64,000 bases of DNA from a virus: the IMG/VR virus record IMGVR_UViG_3300048926_000477; one strand, given 5' to 3'. The notes below the pieces were generated by a model, which saw only the letters and a list, made by a program, of their open reading frames with translations, was not told the DNA's origin and searched no databases. Of this stretch, positions 27,375 through 36,571 are shown one piece after another (the stretch's first letter is position 1; each line of letters opens with the position of its first letter). Position numbers and translations under genes: made by a program.

Positions 27375-28595
27375 TCAGCCCTTCACGCAGAGGATTGTGT
27401 CGAGCTTCTGCACGACTTCCACCAGATCGCTCTCGGCGGCGATGACGCTGTCGAGGTCCTTGTAAGCGAGCGAGATCTCGTCGATCACGCCCGCATCGGT
27501 GCGCGCCTCGATGCCCTTCATGGTGCGCTCGACATCCTCGACGGTGAACCGGCGCTTGGCTTCGCCGCGGCTCATCTTGCGGCCGGCGCCGTGGCTGGCC
27601 GACTGGAAGGAGGCTTCGTTGCCGAGTCCACGCACGATGTACGAGCCGGTCGCCATGCTGCCGGGGATGAGCGCCAGCTCCCCCTTCTTCGCGCTGATCG
27701 CGCCCTTGCGGGTGACGATCATCTGTCGACCGTCGATGATCTCCTCGGCGACGTAGTTGTGGTGGCAGTTGATCTCCTCGTCGTAGTCGACGAAGTAGCG
27801 CCCCTCGAGGTGGTCCGACAGCTCACGCTTGACGAGCTCCATCATGATCGTGCGCGAGCGCATCGCGTACTCCTGGGCCCAGTGCAGGTCGTGGAGGTAC
27901 TCGTTCATCTCGGGCGTGCCCTTGTAGAAGAGGGAGAGCTCCTGCAGGTGCTTCGGAAGGTCCTGGTTCACCTCGAGCGACTTGGCCTTCTCGATGTGGC
28001 GGGTGCCGAGCACGTTTCCGATGCCGCGGGAGCCGGAGTGCAGGGTGATCCAGATGCGCTTCTGCGCGTCGGTCGTCAGCTCGATGAAGTGGTTGCCGCC
28101 GCCAAGGCTGCCCATCTGCCGCCAGGCGCGCTCCTCCATCGCCCCCACGGGCGCGAACAGGTCGAGGAAGCGTTCCATGAAGCGGTGGTGATTGTTGGCC
28201 CATGCGTGCCCGAGGAGCTTGCTCACGCGCACGTCGCTCGCGTGCATGTTGTTGCCGACGGGAATGGCGTCCTGGAACCGCTGGCGAAGCATCTTCAGAT
28301 CGCGCTCGTCCAGGTCGTCGAGCACGAGGTTCGTGCGCACGGCGTTCACACCGCAACCGATGTCGACGCCGACGGCGGCCGGCGCGAGCGCCTGCTCCAT
28401 CGCGATCACCGAGCCGACGGTGGCGCCGTTGCCCCAGTGCACGTCGGGCATGACCCTCAGGCCGTACAGGCCCGGCAGCTGGGAGACGCTGCGCAGCTGG
28501 TCGAGCGCGCTGTGCTCGATCTCGTGCTCGTGCGCCCAGGCGAGGACCGGGGCTGCAGTGCCGGAGAGGGTGGTGGGGAACTCGTGGTTGGTCAT
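27375..28595 (-). CDS. rtcB: RtcB-family RNA ligase (3'-phosphate/5'-OH RNA-splicing ligase)
   Basis: 406 aa; signature blocks VGVDIGCG, GGGNHFIEL, HSGSRGIGN, NCHHNY and SASHGAGR (nucleotidyl-His region). Confidence 0.85.
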   Translation of the reverse strand: MTNHEFPTTLSGTAAPVLAWAHEHEIEHSALDQLRSVSQLPGLYGLRVMPDVHWGNGATVGSVIAMEQALAPAAVGVDIGCGVNAVRTNLVLDDLDERDLKMLRQRFQDAIPVGNNMHASDVRVSKLLGHAWANNHHRFMERFLDLFAPVGAMEERAWRQMGSLGGGNHFIELTTDAQKRIWITLHSGSRGIGNVLGTRHIEKAKSLEVNQDLPKHLQELSLFYKGTPEMNEYLHDLHWAQEYAMRSRTIMMELVKRELSDHLEGRYFVDYDEEINCHHNYVAEEIIDGRQMIVTRKGAISAKKGELALIPGSMATGSYIVRGLGNEASFQSASHGAGRKMSRGEAKRRFTVEDVERTMKGIEARTDAGVIDEISLAYKDLDSVIAAESDLVEVVQKLDTILCVKG

Positions 28596-28608
28596 ATTGC
28601 TCCTTCGA

Positions 28609-30495
28609 TCAGGCGGCGATGCCGCCGGCCATTGCGTTTCGGACAGCCCACTCCTTGGCGATGAGCTGCTGCAGAGAGATCTCGTCGACGCTGCCGCGCA
28701 TGACGAGCTCGACGTGCTGGAAGCCGCCCCACTGCTGGGTCATGCCGGGGCGGAAGTAGCGGCGGATGGACTGCTCGTTGACGGCGGGGTTTCCGTCGGC
28801 CTTGCTGATCCAGATCACCTTGTTGGCGCGGTGCTGGAACCCGTCGAGGCCAGTCCCGAAGGACTGGACGGTGGAGATGAGGTAGGGGAACTCGCCCGCG
28901 AGGAACGCAGCCTTGAGCTTCGCGCGCTCCGGCCGGGACAGGTCGCCGGTCCACGCCCGGGCGTCGTAGCCGGCGCGCTGCATGCGCTTGGCGATGAAGT
29001 GGGCGCCGATCTTCGAGTCGGTGTAGATCGCGACCGGCTGTCCGGCGTAGGCGATGTCCAGGAGGTTCCTCAGGGGAAGGAGCTTGGCGCTGGCGGCGTC
29101 GTCGGCCATGTAGACCGTCTCCTCACCCGTGACCGGATCGACCGTCATCGACAGCTCGGCGATCGCCACCTGGCGCAGGCGTAGGCGCAGGATCGGCGGC
29201 ATGTCCACGACGAGCGGCATCTCCTCGCCCTGCCAGTCGCGCACCCACGTCATGAGGTCGCGCTGCAGGTCATCCATCTGCCGCTGCTGCGCCGGCGTCG
29301 GGTCGCACCGCACGACCTCCGCCTTGGGCACGGGCTCAGTCTCGCGACGGATGTAGCACGGCAGCGTCGCGACGAACTCGCCGGGGATCTTCTCGCCGGC
29401 GACCTTCGTGATCGCATCACCACGCTCACTTGTCAGCGCCTTGCCGCCGCGGCCCAGCACGGGATCGACGGCGAGGTACCGCTCCTTCCAGCGCGAGAAG
29501 CTGGTCTCGATGTACGAGTAGCCCGTCTCCGGGTTCACGCCCGGCCACACCCACCGCGTGATCGACCACATGTTCTCGATCGCGTTCAGGAACCACGTCC
29601 CCGACAGAGCCGCGCGGTAGTCGGCCTTGATCGAGAGGATCGTGCGGCGCGTGTTCGAGCTCTTGTTCGCGATGGCCTGGCACTCGTCGAAGATGATCGC
29701 CTGGAGCGGCTTCCGCGCGAAGCGCCGATACGTCCCCTGGTGCACGCTCTTCGTCTTCACGATCGGCTCGAGCGCCGGCCCGATGGTGTTCTTGCGCGTC
29801 TTGCGGCGCTCGAGGTGCGGCTCCTGTGCGGGGCCGATCGCACCCTCGGGCCGATCACGCAGCAGCAGCTCGCCCTGGAGCGGCCCGTCGGGGCGCGGCT
29901 TGAGCTCCAGGTCTCCCGTCTTCTTCGAGACGCGGTAGACAGGCGAGCCATCCTCCTTGCGCACGACGACGCTCTTCCAGTCCTTCTCGCGCAGGAAGTC
30001 GGCGGTCGCGATGAACACGCCATCCTCGTGCTTCATGAAGGCTTCGTACTGCGCGCGGCCGGGGGTGGAGCCGTTCATGATCCGCACACCCCTGGTGCCA
30101 TCGCTCTGCGCGAGCAAGCGGTCGTTCCACTGCTCGTGCGTGTCGCCCAGCCCGATCAGCAGCATGCGCGTCCATCCGGCCCGGAGGATTACCTCTGCAC
30201 CAATGGCGGTCTTCCCAAAACCGGGCTCGTCGCCGATCAGGATGCCGTCGGACTTCCCCACCTCACCGAGTGCCGCCTGGATCGCGATCTCCTGGCTCGG
30301 CGTGATGCGGCCGCGCAGTTTCGACTGCTCGTCATCGAGCGACCAGTCGACGGGCAGGAACTTCACGATCTTGCGCACGGCGTCGCCCTCGTGGATGTGC
30401 ACGAAGCGGAGAAGGTGCTCGGGCGCCTTCTTGTTCGGCTCCCAGAGGGACTCGCCACACGCAGCGCAGAGCTCGACGGGGGTGGGGATGGTCAT
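28609..30495 (-). CDS. SNF2/DEAD-like superfamily 2 helicase with an N-terminal CxxC element
   Basis: ATG 30495 (MTIPTPVELCAACGES); Walker A GDEPGFGKT; DExx box IIFDECQ; helicase-C block LISTVQSFGTGLDGFQ; the upstream ORF-track extension is rejected. Confidence 0.65.
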   Translation of the reverse strand: MTIPTPVELCAACGESLWEPNKKAPEHLLRFVHIHEGDAVRKIVKFLPVDWSLDDEQSKLRGRITPSQEIAIQAALGEVGKSDGILIGDEPGFGKTAIGAEVILRAGWTRMLLIGLGDTHEQWNDRLLAQSDGTRGVRIMNGSTPGRAQYEAFMKHEDGVFIATADFLREKDWKSVVVRKEDGSPVYRVSKKTGDLELKPRPDGPLQGELLLRDRPEGAIGPAQEPHLERRKTRKNTIGPALEPIVKTKSVHQGTYRRFARKPLQAIIFDECQAIANKSSNTRRTILSIKADYRAALSGTWFLNAIENMWSITRWVWPGVNPETGYSYIETSFSRWKERYLAVDPVLGRGGKALTSERGDAITKVAGEKIPGEFVATLPCYIRRETEPVPKAEVVRCDPTPAQQRQMDDLQRDLMTWVRDWQGEEMPLVVDMPPILRLRLRQVAIAELSMTVDPVTGEETVYMADDAASAKLLPLRNLLDIAYAGQPVAIYTDSKIGAHFIAKRMQRAGYDARAWTGDLSRPERAKLKAAFLAGEFPYLISTVQSFGTGLDGFQHRANKVIWISKADGNPAVNEQSIRRYFRPGMTQQWGGFQHVELVMRGSVDEISLQQLIAKEWAVRNAMAGGIAA

Positions 30496-30502
30496 GGCGG
30501 AG

Positions 30503-31102
30503 TCAGGCAGCCTTCCGTGCGGCGAAGCTGGCGCCCTGCACCCAGGTCTGGATGCGCGTGGCGTAGGGCGCGTGCTGAGACAGCGCGACGACCGGGTGGC
30601 GACCGATGGAGGGCACGAAGGCGGCCGTCTCGGCGCGCCAGAGGCCGGACTTGGCGTCGTAGGAGAACTCGGCGCTCTGCAGCTCCGGGTTCGCATCGAA
30701 CGTCTCGCGGCTCATGGAGAGGGCATCGAGGATGGGGTCGATGTCTGCGGCCTTCGGCGTGACGATGAACCGGCCGGCGCCGGCCGTCTCGAACTCGGGG
30801 CGAGCGTCCTGGGCGATGGCGTCGGCGCTCTCCTTAGCCAGATAAGCCTGGCCCTCGCGGATCGCGTTGTAGGCCGTGATCGTGGCCGTGGTGTGCAGGC
30901 CCTCCTTCGAGATCCTGGTCACGGGGCGGCCAGCGGCCTGCGCCTCGGCGGCCTTGATGCAGCGGAAGACGCGGGCGGCCTCGATCTCCTCCTCCATCTC
31001 CTCGCGGATGCGACGCTCGAGCGTCTTGCGGAGTTCACGCCAGCGGTTGTCGGCGTCGGCGACGGCCTGGATGTACGGGTCGACGTTGGTGGCGGCGGTC
31101 AT
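30503..31102 (-). CDS. hypothetical protein
   Basis: 199 aa from ATG 31102 (MTAATNVDPYIQ); SD aggagc. Confidence 0.4.
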   Translation of the reverse strand: MTAATNVDPYIQAVADADNRWRELRKTLERRIREEMEEEIEAARVFRCIKAAEAQAAGRPVTRISKEGLHTTATITAYNAIREGQAYLAKESADAIAQDARPEFETAGAGRFIVTPKAADIDPILDALSMSRETFDANPELQSAEFSYDAKSGLWRAETAAFVPSIGRHPVVALSQHAPYATRIQTWVQGASFAARKAA

Positions 31103-31272
31103 TTGGTGATGCTCCTGTTCTGCGAGAGCTCTTTGAGGAGCTCTTCTCTGGTGCGGACGAGGCGGAAGTGGGGGTTGTTGTCGGGGATGAGGCGGTACTC
31201 GCCCGGGCCGATCTGCTCGACGCGACAGCGACCGTGCTCGGGGTGCTGGGCGTAGTAGGCGGACGCGCTCAT
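31099..31272 (-). CDS. small hypothetical protein (57 aa)
   Basis: ATGA overlaps at both ends; not in the ORF track. Confidence 0.3.
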   Translation of the reverse strand: MSASAYYAQHPEHGRCRVEQIGPGEYRLIPDNNPHFRLVRTREELLKELSQNRSITK

Positions 31273-31535
31273 GTGTGGCCGTACCTCTCTCGGATGGCTT
31301 CGCCCGCCTTCGCGATGAGGATGAACACGTCATCGCCGTAGCGGTGCTGGAAGGTGGCCGTGAGAACGGGCTGGCGTGCCGGGATTCTTTGCTGCACCTC
31401 GACTTCGTACTCGCGCACCTGTTCGTGGTCGGGATGCCCTTCAGAGTCCTTCGCGATCACGTTGCTGATGCAGTAGATCGCCATCCGGCGAAATGCTGCG
31501 CCCGACGCGATCTGAACATCGACGATCACGCTCAT
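31269..31535 (-). CDS. hypothetical protein
   Basis: 88 aa from ATG 31535 (MSVIVDVQ). Confidence 0.4.
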   Translation of the reverse strand: MSVIVDVQIASGAAFRRMAIYCISNVIAKDSEGHPDHEQVREYEVEVQQRIPARQPVLTATFQHRYGDDVFILIAKAGEAIRERYGHT

Positions 31536-31894
31536 GCGGCACGCGCCCGCTGGTGTGCGCGGATCGCGGCGGCGCCCGCGGCGACGATCTCCCGGCCACG
31601 CTTGCGCCAGTCGAACGGCTCCAGCGTCACCTCGTAGATCTCGTCGTAGTCGAAGCCTAGACGCTCCACGGCGACGGTGCGAATGACGTGCCAGACCTGC
31701 TCGTCGGCCAGTTGGGGCCAGGTGCCGATCTCGTCGGCCGCCCGCTCGCAGGACGCGAGGATCGCGCCTTCGATCGCGTCGTCGGCCATGGTGGCGAAGC
31801 GCGCCGGCTGCAGCGCGGTCCAAAGGTCGTCGCGCAGCTGCGCGGTGCGATCGCGGAACGCGCGCGTCTCGGCGAAGCTCTCGCTCGTGGTCAT
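31532..31894 (-). CDS. hypothetical protein
   Basis: 120 aa; ATGA overlaps with its neighbours. Confidence 0.4.
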   Translation of the reverse strand: MTTSESFAETRAFRDRTAQLRDDLWTALQPARFATMADDAIEGAILASCERAADEIGTWPQLADEQVWHVIRTVAVERLGFDYDEIYEVTLEPFDWRKRGREIVAAGAAAIRAHQRARAA

Positions 31895-32115
31895 CGGGCG
31901 TCCTCCTTCGCGGGGTTGAGCCAGCCCGCGGCCTCGCCGGCGAGCTTCAGCTGGTGGTAGATGGCTGCGAGGGGGCCGGGCGCATTCTCGGTGACGTAGG
32001 TGAACTCCTCGCCGCTCGGGTCGACGCCAAATGCGATCCAGGGGCGGATGCGCGCGCTCGCTTCGCGGAAGTCGGACTCCCAGATGTCTCGCTCGGTCAT
32101 GGCGGTGACGCTCAT
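31891..32115 (-). CDS. hypothetical protein
   Basis: 74 aa from ATG 32115 (MSVTAMTERD). Confidence 0.4.
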   Translation of the reverse strand: MSVTAMTERDIWESDFREASARIRPWIAFGVDPSGEEFTYVTENAPGPLAAIYHQLKLAGEAAGWLNPAKEDAR

Positions 32116-32495
32116 GCTGCGAGCCTCCTCTCCTCGAGCTCCCGCTCGTACCGGGCGAGCGCCTCGCCCCAGCTCTTGCCGTTGTCCTGCGCCGCCTGCG
32201 CCACCTGGGCGGCGATGAGCACGCTGCCCGGCAGGCCGAAGCCCCTGAGAATCAGGCTGGCACCCGCCCAGGTGCCGTATGCCGGGACGATGGAGGGGTC
32301 GATCTTGTGGAGCGCCAGGCCGATGATGCAGCCGGGCTCGCCGTCGAGGGTCGTGTACTGGCACAGGCCGCTGCTGTCGCGCCAGCCGGTGTCGTAGGCG
32401 ACCTGATCGTTGGCGGGGTACACCCAGTCCTCGCCGCGCTCGGCGACGGCGGCGCGCATGGCTTCGGTGAACTGCCTGGCGGTGATGGTGGTCAT
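32112..32495 (-). CDS. hypothetical protein
   Basis: 127 aa from ATG 32495 (MTTITARQFTEAMRAAVAERGEDWVYP). Confidence 0.4.
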   Translation of the reverse strand: MTTITARQFTEAMRAAVAERGEDWVYPANDQVAYDTGWRDSSGLCQYTTLDGEPGCIIGLALHKIDPSIVPAYGTWAGASLILRGFGLPGSVLIAAQVAQAAQDNGKSWGEALARYERELEERRLAA

Positions 32496-32641
32496 GCTGA
32501 GGTCCTTCCCTGGCGGGCGTAGCGGGTGCGGCGGCGGCCGCGGCGCGAGGTGATGGCGAAGAGGGTGGCGGAGAAGAGGAGGAGGGCGGCCGCCGTGAGC
32601 GTGACGAGGATCACGACTGCCTCGGCCCACTGCCCGCTCAT
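32492..32641 (-). CDS. small single-TM membrane peptide (49 aa)
   Basis: MSGQWAEAVVILVTLTAAALLLFSATLFAITSRRGRRRTRYARQGRTSA: one TM segment then a basic tail. Confidence 0.35.
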   Translation of the reverse strand: MSGQWAEAVVILVTLTAAALLLFSATLFAITSRRGRRRTRYARQGRTSA

Positions 32642-32958
32642 GCGCCCATCCGTTTCGCGTTGGCGAGGGCGGTGAGGTAGTCCTCGGGCGTGGGATCGGT
32701 GCAGCCTCCCGAGGCGCGCTGCAGCGTGATCGGCAGGCCGTTGTCCGAGACCCCGAGCCGAAGCTCCCGAACGAGGCGCCACCGCTGCGCGTACTCCTGG
32801 CGGTGGTCGTACTCGGCGTCGGCGTCGGGCGCCATGTCGATGGCCTCGAAGAGGAGAATGCGCTGGAGTTCGGTCAGGCGGGGGAAGTCATCGAGCGCGA
32901 CCATGATGCGGTCGAGATGCTGTGCTTCCTCGGTGAGGATCGGGTCTGCGAGGCTCAT
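32638..32958 (-). CDS. hypothetical protein
   Basis: 106 aa, acidic. Confidence 0.4.
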   Translation of the reverse strand: MSLADPILTEEAQHLDRIMVALDDFPRLTELQRILLFEAIDMAPDADAEYDHRQEYAQRWRLVRELRLGVSDNGLPITLQRASGGCTDPTPEDYLTALANAKRMGA

Positions 32959-33236
32959 GCCAGCACCTCTCCAACGATGATGCGGAGCGCGTCGGGGATC
33001 GACGAGTACGGCACGCAGCGGCAGACAGCCTCAAACTGTGCTTCGGTGAGCGGGGTTTCGGTGACTGTCTCCACGAAGACGCGACCGACGGGGGGCTGGT
33101 GGCGCTGCGCGCGGTCGACCTTGATGGCGGCGATGATGGCGGCCTTGATGACCCGGCCATGCGCCGATACGTCCGGGTTCGCGATGCGCCCGTGCAGCAC
33201 CTCGGCCGCGATCTCTTCGGGGGTCTTGTGGGTCAC
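32955..33236 (-). CDS. hypothetical protein
   Basis: GTG start overlapping the upstream stop (GTGA); VTHKTPEEIAAEVLHGRIANPDV... Confidence 0.35.
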   Translation of the reverse strand: MTHKTPEEIAAEVLHGRIANPDVSAHGRVIKAAIIAAIKVDRAQRHQPPVGRVFVETVTETPLTEAQFEAVCRCVPYSSIPDALRIIVGEVLA

Positions 33237-33745
33237 CTGTAGTCCTCCTTGTTCTGGCTGTAGTCGCGGCGTGGGGCGAGGCTCGCGAGGTTGTAGACGA
33301 TGCCGCCCCACTCGCCATCGTTCGCGCTCTCGCGGACGGCTTCGACGGTGTAGCGACCGGCGTCGGGCCCCTGCCCCTCGTCCACCTCTGCGACGTAGTA
33401 GGGCTTCGGGTCCAGCGGGATAGCATCGCGCTCGTGCACGGCGAGCATGTACTCGCGGATGCTGTTGGCGAGACCGCGCACCTCGGAGGCGATCTCGTCG
33501 GCGGGTAGGCCGTCGGCCCACGCCTCGTAGCGGGCCAGCGCGAGGCTCGGGGCAACCGGGGCGGTTGAATCGGACTGCGGGAACGCGCCGGTCGCGACGA
33601 CGCGATTCGCCGCGATCCAGGCCTCGAATCGCTCCTGCGCCTCGTCGGCCCAGGAGGCTGTGAAATGCCCCCATCTCGGGGTCTCGTTCGGGGCGCTGGT
33701 CTCGGCGCTGTAGCCGATGATCTCGGTGATGCGAGGGGTGGTCAT
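33233..33745 (-). CDS. hypothetical protein
   Basis: 170 aa. Confidence 0.4.
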   Translation of the reverse strand: MTTPRITEIIGYSAETSAPNETPRWGHFTASWADEAQERFEAWIAANRVVATGAFPQSDSTAPVAPSLALARYEAWADGLPADEIASEVRGLANSIREYMLAVHERDAIPLDPKPYYVAEVDEGQGPDAGRYTVEAVRESANDGEWGGIVYNLASLAPRRDYSQNKEDYR

Positions 33746-34125
33746 GTGGATGCTCCTTCGGTGAGTCGGGCAAGACGGGTGAGAACGCGGCGGGCATGGT
33801 CGATACGGGCAGGCGTGTGCTCATGCATCCGAGGGTCGATCATGCGGGGATCGTTCAGCATGTAATCCACGATCTCGGCGTGCGTCCCACACTTCGGGTC
33901 GTCCCAGATCGCTCGAAGCCACACGAGAATCGGGTTCGGCGGGTTGTGCTGGACGTGATCGAACTCGGGGCGCGGGTCGTAGCGGGTTCCGCATGCCTGG
34001 CAGTGGTCAGGCGTCGAGTACGGCTCGGAGAAACGGCGACCGAAGCCTGCCGTGTCCAAGTGTCCATCGACGTATGGCTCCCTGTCGTGGTTCAGGTCGC
34101 GGGGCGTCTTGCTGGCGAAGATCAC
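33742..34125 (-). CDS. hypothetical protein (Cys/His-containing)
   Basis: GTG start with GTGA overlap; contains DHCQACGTRYDPRPEFDHVQHNPPN. Confidence 0.35.
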   Translation of the reverse strand: MIFASKTPRDLNHDREPYVDGHLDTAGFGRRFSEPYSTPDHCQACGTRYDPRPEFDHVQHNPPNPILVWLRAIWDDPKCGTHAEIVDYMLNDPRMIDPRMHEHTPARIDHARRVLTRLARLTEGAST

Positions 34126-34301
34126 ACGACCACCTCGTTCTGGCAGAACCACTGCTCGTACTCGACGCCGCGGGCAACGCCACGGTCGAAGGCGTCTTGG
34201 ATGGCGGATGCGTCGGCGGCGCTCTGGAGGGAGCTTCCGAGTACGACGCCGCCTGCAGCTGCGAAGAGCGCGAGGGTCAGGGCTGCGGTGATGCGCTTCA
34301 C
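34122..34301 (-). CDS. small secreted protein with a predicted signal peptide (59 aa)
   Basis: VKRITAALTLALFAAAGGVVLGSSLQSAADASAIQ... starts with an n-h-c signal-peptide pattern; GTGA overlaps at both ends; not in the ORF track. Confidence 0.35.
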   Translation of the reverse strand: MKRITAALTLALFAAAGGVVLGSSLQSAADASAIQDAFDRGVARGVEYEQWFCQNEVVV

Positions 34302-34825
34302 TTCTGAGCTCCCTTCGGATCGAGCGCGTCAAGCAAGGCCAAGATCGCCTCGCCTCCTGCGTGAAAGTTGTTCGGAGTGGTCACGTCACCGTGACGATCT
34401 CGCCAAACGTTTCTGCGCACATCGGCGATCAGGGCGGCGAGGTTGGCCGGAACCATCGCGCTCTCCAGGCTCTCGGCCTCGACGTACTCTCCGTTCACAT
34501 AGACGGTCGTCTCGGCACCAGGGGCATCGTCGTCCCACTCCTGGTGATGAGTGATGCGGCCCGTTGCCTTGGAGAGCTCCACGATGGCCGCGATGGCCTC
34601 CTCTGCGCGCCACTTGCTGCCGCCCGCGATGATGAGGGAGCCGTCGGGGTTACCGGGGCGCCCCGGGAAGATGAAGGCCTCAGTTCGACGCTCGGGTACG
34701 TCGATGCGCTCATCGGTGGCGTCATAGTCCTCCCAGATCTCGCCATCGCTTGTGAGGGCTTCGGGCAGGGTCTCGATGGTCAACGCGCCGGGATTCTCGA
34801 TGGTGATGCTGTTGTAGGTGCTCAT
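34298..34825 (-). CDS. hypothetical protein
   Basis: 175 aa from ATG 34825 (MSTYNSITIENPGAL). Confidence 0.4.
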   Translation of the reverse strand: MSTYNSITIENPGALTIETLPEALTSDGEIWEDYDATDERIDVPERRTEAFIFPGRPGNPDGSLIIAGGSKWRAEEAIAAIVELSKATGRITHHQEWDDDAPGAETTVYVNGEYVEAESLESAMVPANLAALIADVRRNVWRDRHGDVTTPNNFHAGGEAILALLDALDPKGAQK

Positions 34826-35139
34826 GCGTCCTCGTCCTCCTCGATCGGCGCGTCGATGCTGACGAGCGTGTATCCGCACCACTCCAGGAACTCAGGGATA
34901 CCGCGTACGGCTCCGGCGTGAGTGACGTAGTTCAGCACGTCGCTGGTCACACGACCGGTGCGCTCGTCATAGCCGTCGACCTGCCACGGGTAGTCATCCG
35001 TCAGGGCGGCGACCTCGGCGGGGGTGCCGAAGGGGGCATCCTCCAGGCGGTAGATGCGCACCTTCGTGATCTCGGACCCGGTGTAGCGGCTCATGTCCCC
35101 CGGCGCGTGCAGGGTGCTGGTGCTCACTGGATCGCCCAC
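34822..35139 (-). CDS. hypothetical protein (start uncertain: GTG 35139 or ATG 35094)
   Basis: ORF-track frame; SD ggggg before ATG 35094. Confidence 0.3.
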   Translation of the reverse strand: MGDPVSTSTLHAPGDMSRYTGSEITKVRIYRLEDAPFGTPAEVAALTDDYPWQVDGYDERTGRVTSDVLNYVTHAGAVRGIPEFLEWCGYTLVSIDAPIEEDEDA

Positions 35140-35324
35140 TCTCCGACGCGCGCGCCCGTGAGGAGGATCGAGCCTCCGTCGTCGGGCAGCGTCATACCGT
35201 CCCAGCGGTTAGCCAGATAATCGGCCACACTGCGCAGGGCCTCGGCGGCGTCGTCGCCGGAGCGCACGCCTCCGTCGCGACCATCGGTCACGCGCAGCGT
35301 CAGGGTCAGGGTGCGGGCGCTCAC
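35124..35324 (-). CDS. hypothetical protein
   Basis: 66 aa. Confidence 0.3.
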   Translation of the reverse strand: MSARTLTLTLRVTDGRDGGVRSGDDAAEALRSVADYLANRWDGMTLPDDGGSILLTGARVGEWAIQ

Positions 35325-35704
35325 GCTGCGCCCTCCAGCTTGTACGTGATGCGCGCGTGCTCACGCTGCTTGTAGCCCACGGCCTCCATCTGCGAGTAGT
35401 AGGTCACGAGCACCGGGTTCCCGTCCGCATCCTCGTACCACTCGTCTTGCAGTGTCTCCGCGAATCGCGTGGCGGCGGTCGGCTCCCATCCGCCCAGTCG
35501 GTCCTTGTAGTAGACGCCCGTGCCGGTGACGCGCGCGATCTCGCGCCGCACGCCGACAATGGGGCGCTCTCGGTGCGTGCCGGGACTGTTCGTCGGGGCA
35601 TCTTCCCCACGGATCGTTCGAGCGACGATGGTGGCGTGTGATGCAGCCCGAAACCGGCGCACGGCTTCAGCTCGGGGGATTCTCGTGAGGGTGCTGGTAC
35701 TCAT
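35321..35704 (-). CDS. hypothetical protein
   Basis: 127 aa. Confidence 0.4.
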   Translation of the reverse strand: MSTSTLTRIPRAEAVRRFRAASHATIVARTIRGEDAPTNSPGTHRERPIVGVRREIARVTGTGVYYKDRLGGWEPTAATRFAETLQDEWYEDADGNPVLVTYYSQMEAVGYKQREHARITYKLEGAA

Positions 35705-35961
35705 CGGTTGGCCTCTCTCTCGGCGTTGTGGGCAGACTCGACAGCGTCCAGGAAGGAGCGGCCGATCTGTCGGGCTTCGTCTTCGGTGTGCGCTCGCACG
35801 CTGTATTCGGCGTGCAGGTCGGCCAGCGATTCGCCGGCCATCCAGCGCTCTTCAACCTCTCGGGCGGCCTCCGTGCCCAGGTAGAGCGGTGGCAGGCTCG
35901 TGCCGTAGAAGTGCACGAGTTCGATCGGAATGCGGGTGTCCTCGCGGGTGATGGTGACCAT
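35701..35961 (-). CDS. hypothetical protein
   Basis: 86 aa from ATG 35961 (MVTITREDTRIPIELVHFYG). Confidence 0.35.
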   Translation of the reverse strand: MVTITREDTRIPIELVHFYGTSLPPLYLGTEAAREVEERWMAGESLADLHAEYSVRAHTEDEARQIGRSFLDAVESAHNAEREANR

Positions 35962-36224
35962 CACCACTCCCCCTCGCCAAGATCGACGGTCACGAGCTCC
36001 CCGGGACACTCCTGTACGACGTAGCTCCCGCGCTGAGGCACGCCAGGCTGACTCAGCAGCGCGGCGACCTGCTCAGCGGCATCCTGCGCGCTTTCCGCAT
36101 CCACGTCGATGGTGTACGAGACGCGATAGGCGCGCTCTTCGGTCACGGGGGCAGTGAATGCCGCCTCGCGCGGCAGGCAGGGGCCGGGGTGCTCAAACCG
36201 GTAGCAGCGGTGACATAGCTTCAT
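35961..36224 (-). CDS. small Cys-rich (zinc-ribbon-like) protein
   Basis: Contains CHRCYRFEHPGPC...C. Confidence 0.4.
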   Translation of the reverse strand: MKLCHRCYRFEHPGPCLPREAAFTAPVTEERAYRVSYTIDVDAESAQDAAEQVAALLSQPGVPQRGSYVVQECPGELVTVDLGEGEW

Positions 36225-36571
36225 CGCACGGCCTCCATGATGATCTGAGGGATAGTGTCGAACGGTCCCGCGGCGTGCCCGCTCGTGTGCCGCCTGGCCT
36301 CGTTACGGAAGGCGTCGAAGTCATCGGGGAGCGTGCCGCCTTCGCCACACTCTGCGCACGTCCACTCCCATTCCTTGACCGGGCGCAAGTCCGGCACCGG
36401 CTCCCCGGGGTATTCCGCGATCCAGTCGTCGCGGTGTTCGGCGCAGATGTGGCGCTCATCGTCAGTCTCGACGCCACACAGCCCCGACCATGCCGTCTCT
36501 CCGTCGGGCTCGTTGGCCCACACGGGGCCCACGGTTCCATAGTGGGTCTGCCACTGGCATCGAACGCTCAT
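36221..36571 (-). CDS. Cys-rich (zinc-finger-like) protein
   Basis: ATG 36571 (MSVRCQWQTHYG); contains CGVETDDERHICAEH ... CAECGEGG. Confidence 0.4.
   Translation of the reverse strand: MSVRCQWQTHYGTVGPVWANEPDGETAWSGLCGVETDDERHICAEHRDDWIAEYPGEPVPDLRPVKEWEWTCAECGEGGTLPDDFDAFRNEARRHTSGHAAGPFDTIPQIIMEAVR

Noticed and set aside
28592-28954. 120-aa - strand ORF overlapping the 3' end of the SNF2 helicase gene
   Set aside because: Arg/Pro-rich alternative frame of a supported gene.
30496-30696. Upstream extension of the SNF2 helicase ORF
   Set aside because: Pro/Ser/Arg-rich junk that overlaps the preceding gene; ATG 30495 gives the clean MTIPTPVELCAACG N-terminus and ends 7 nt before the next stop.
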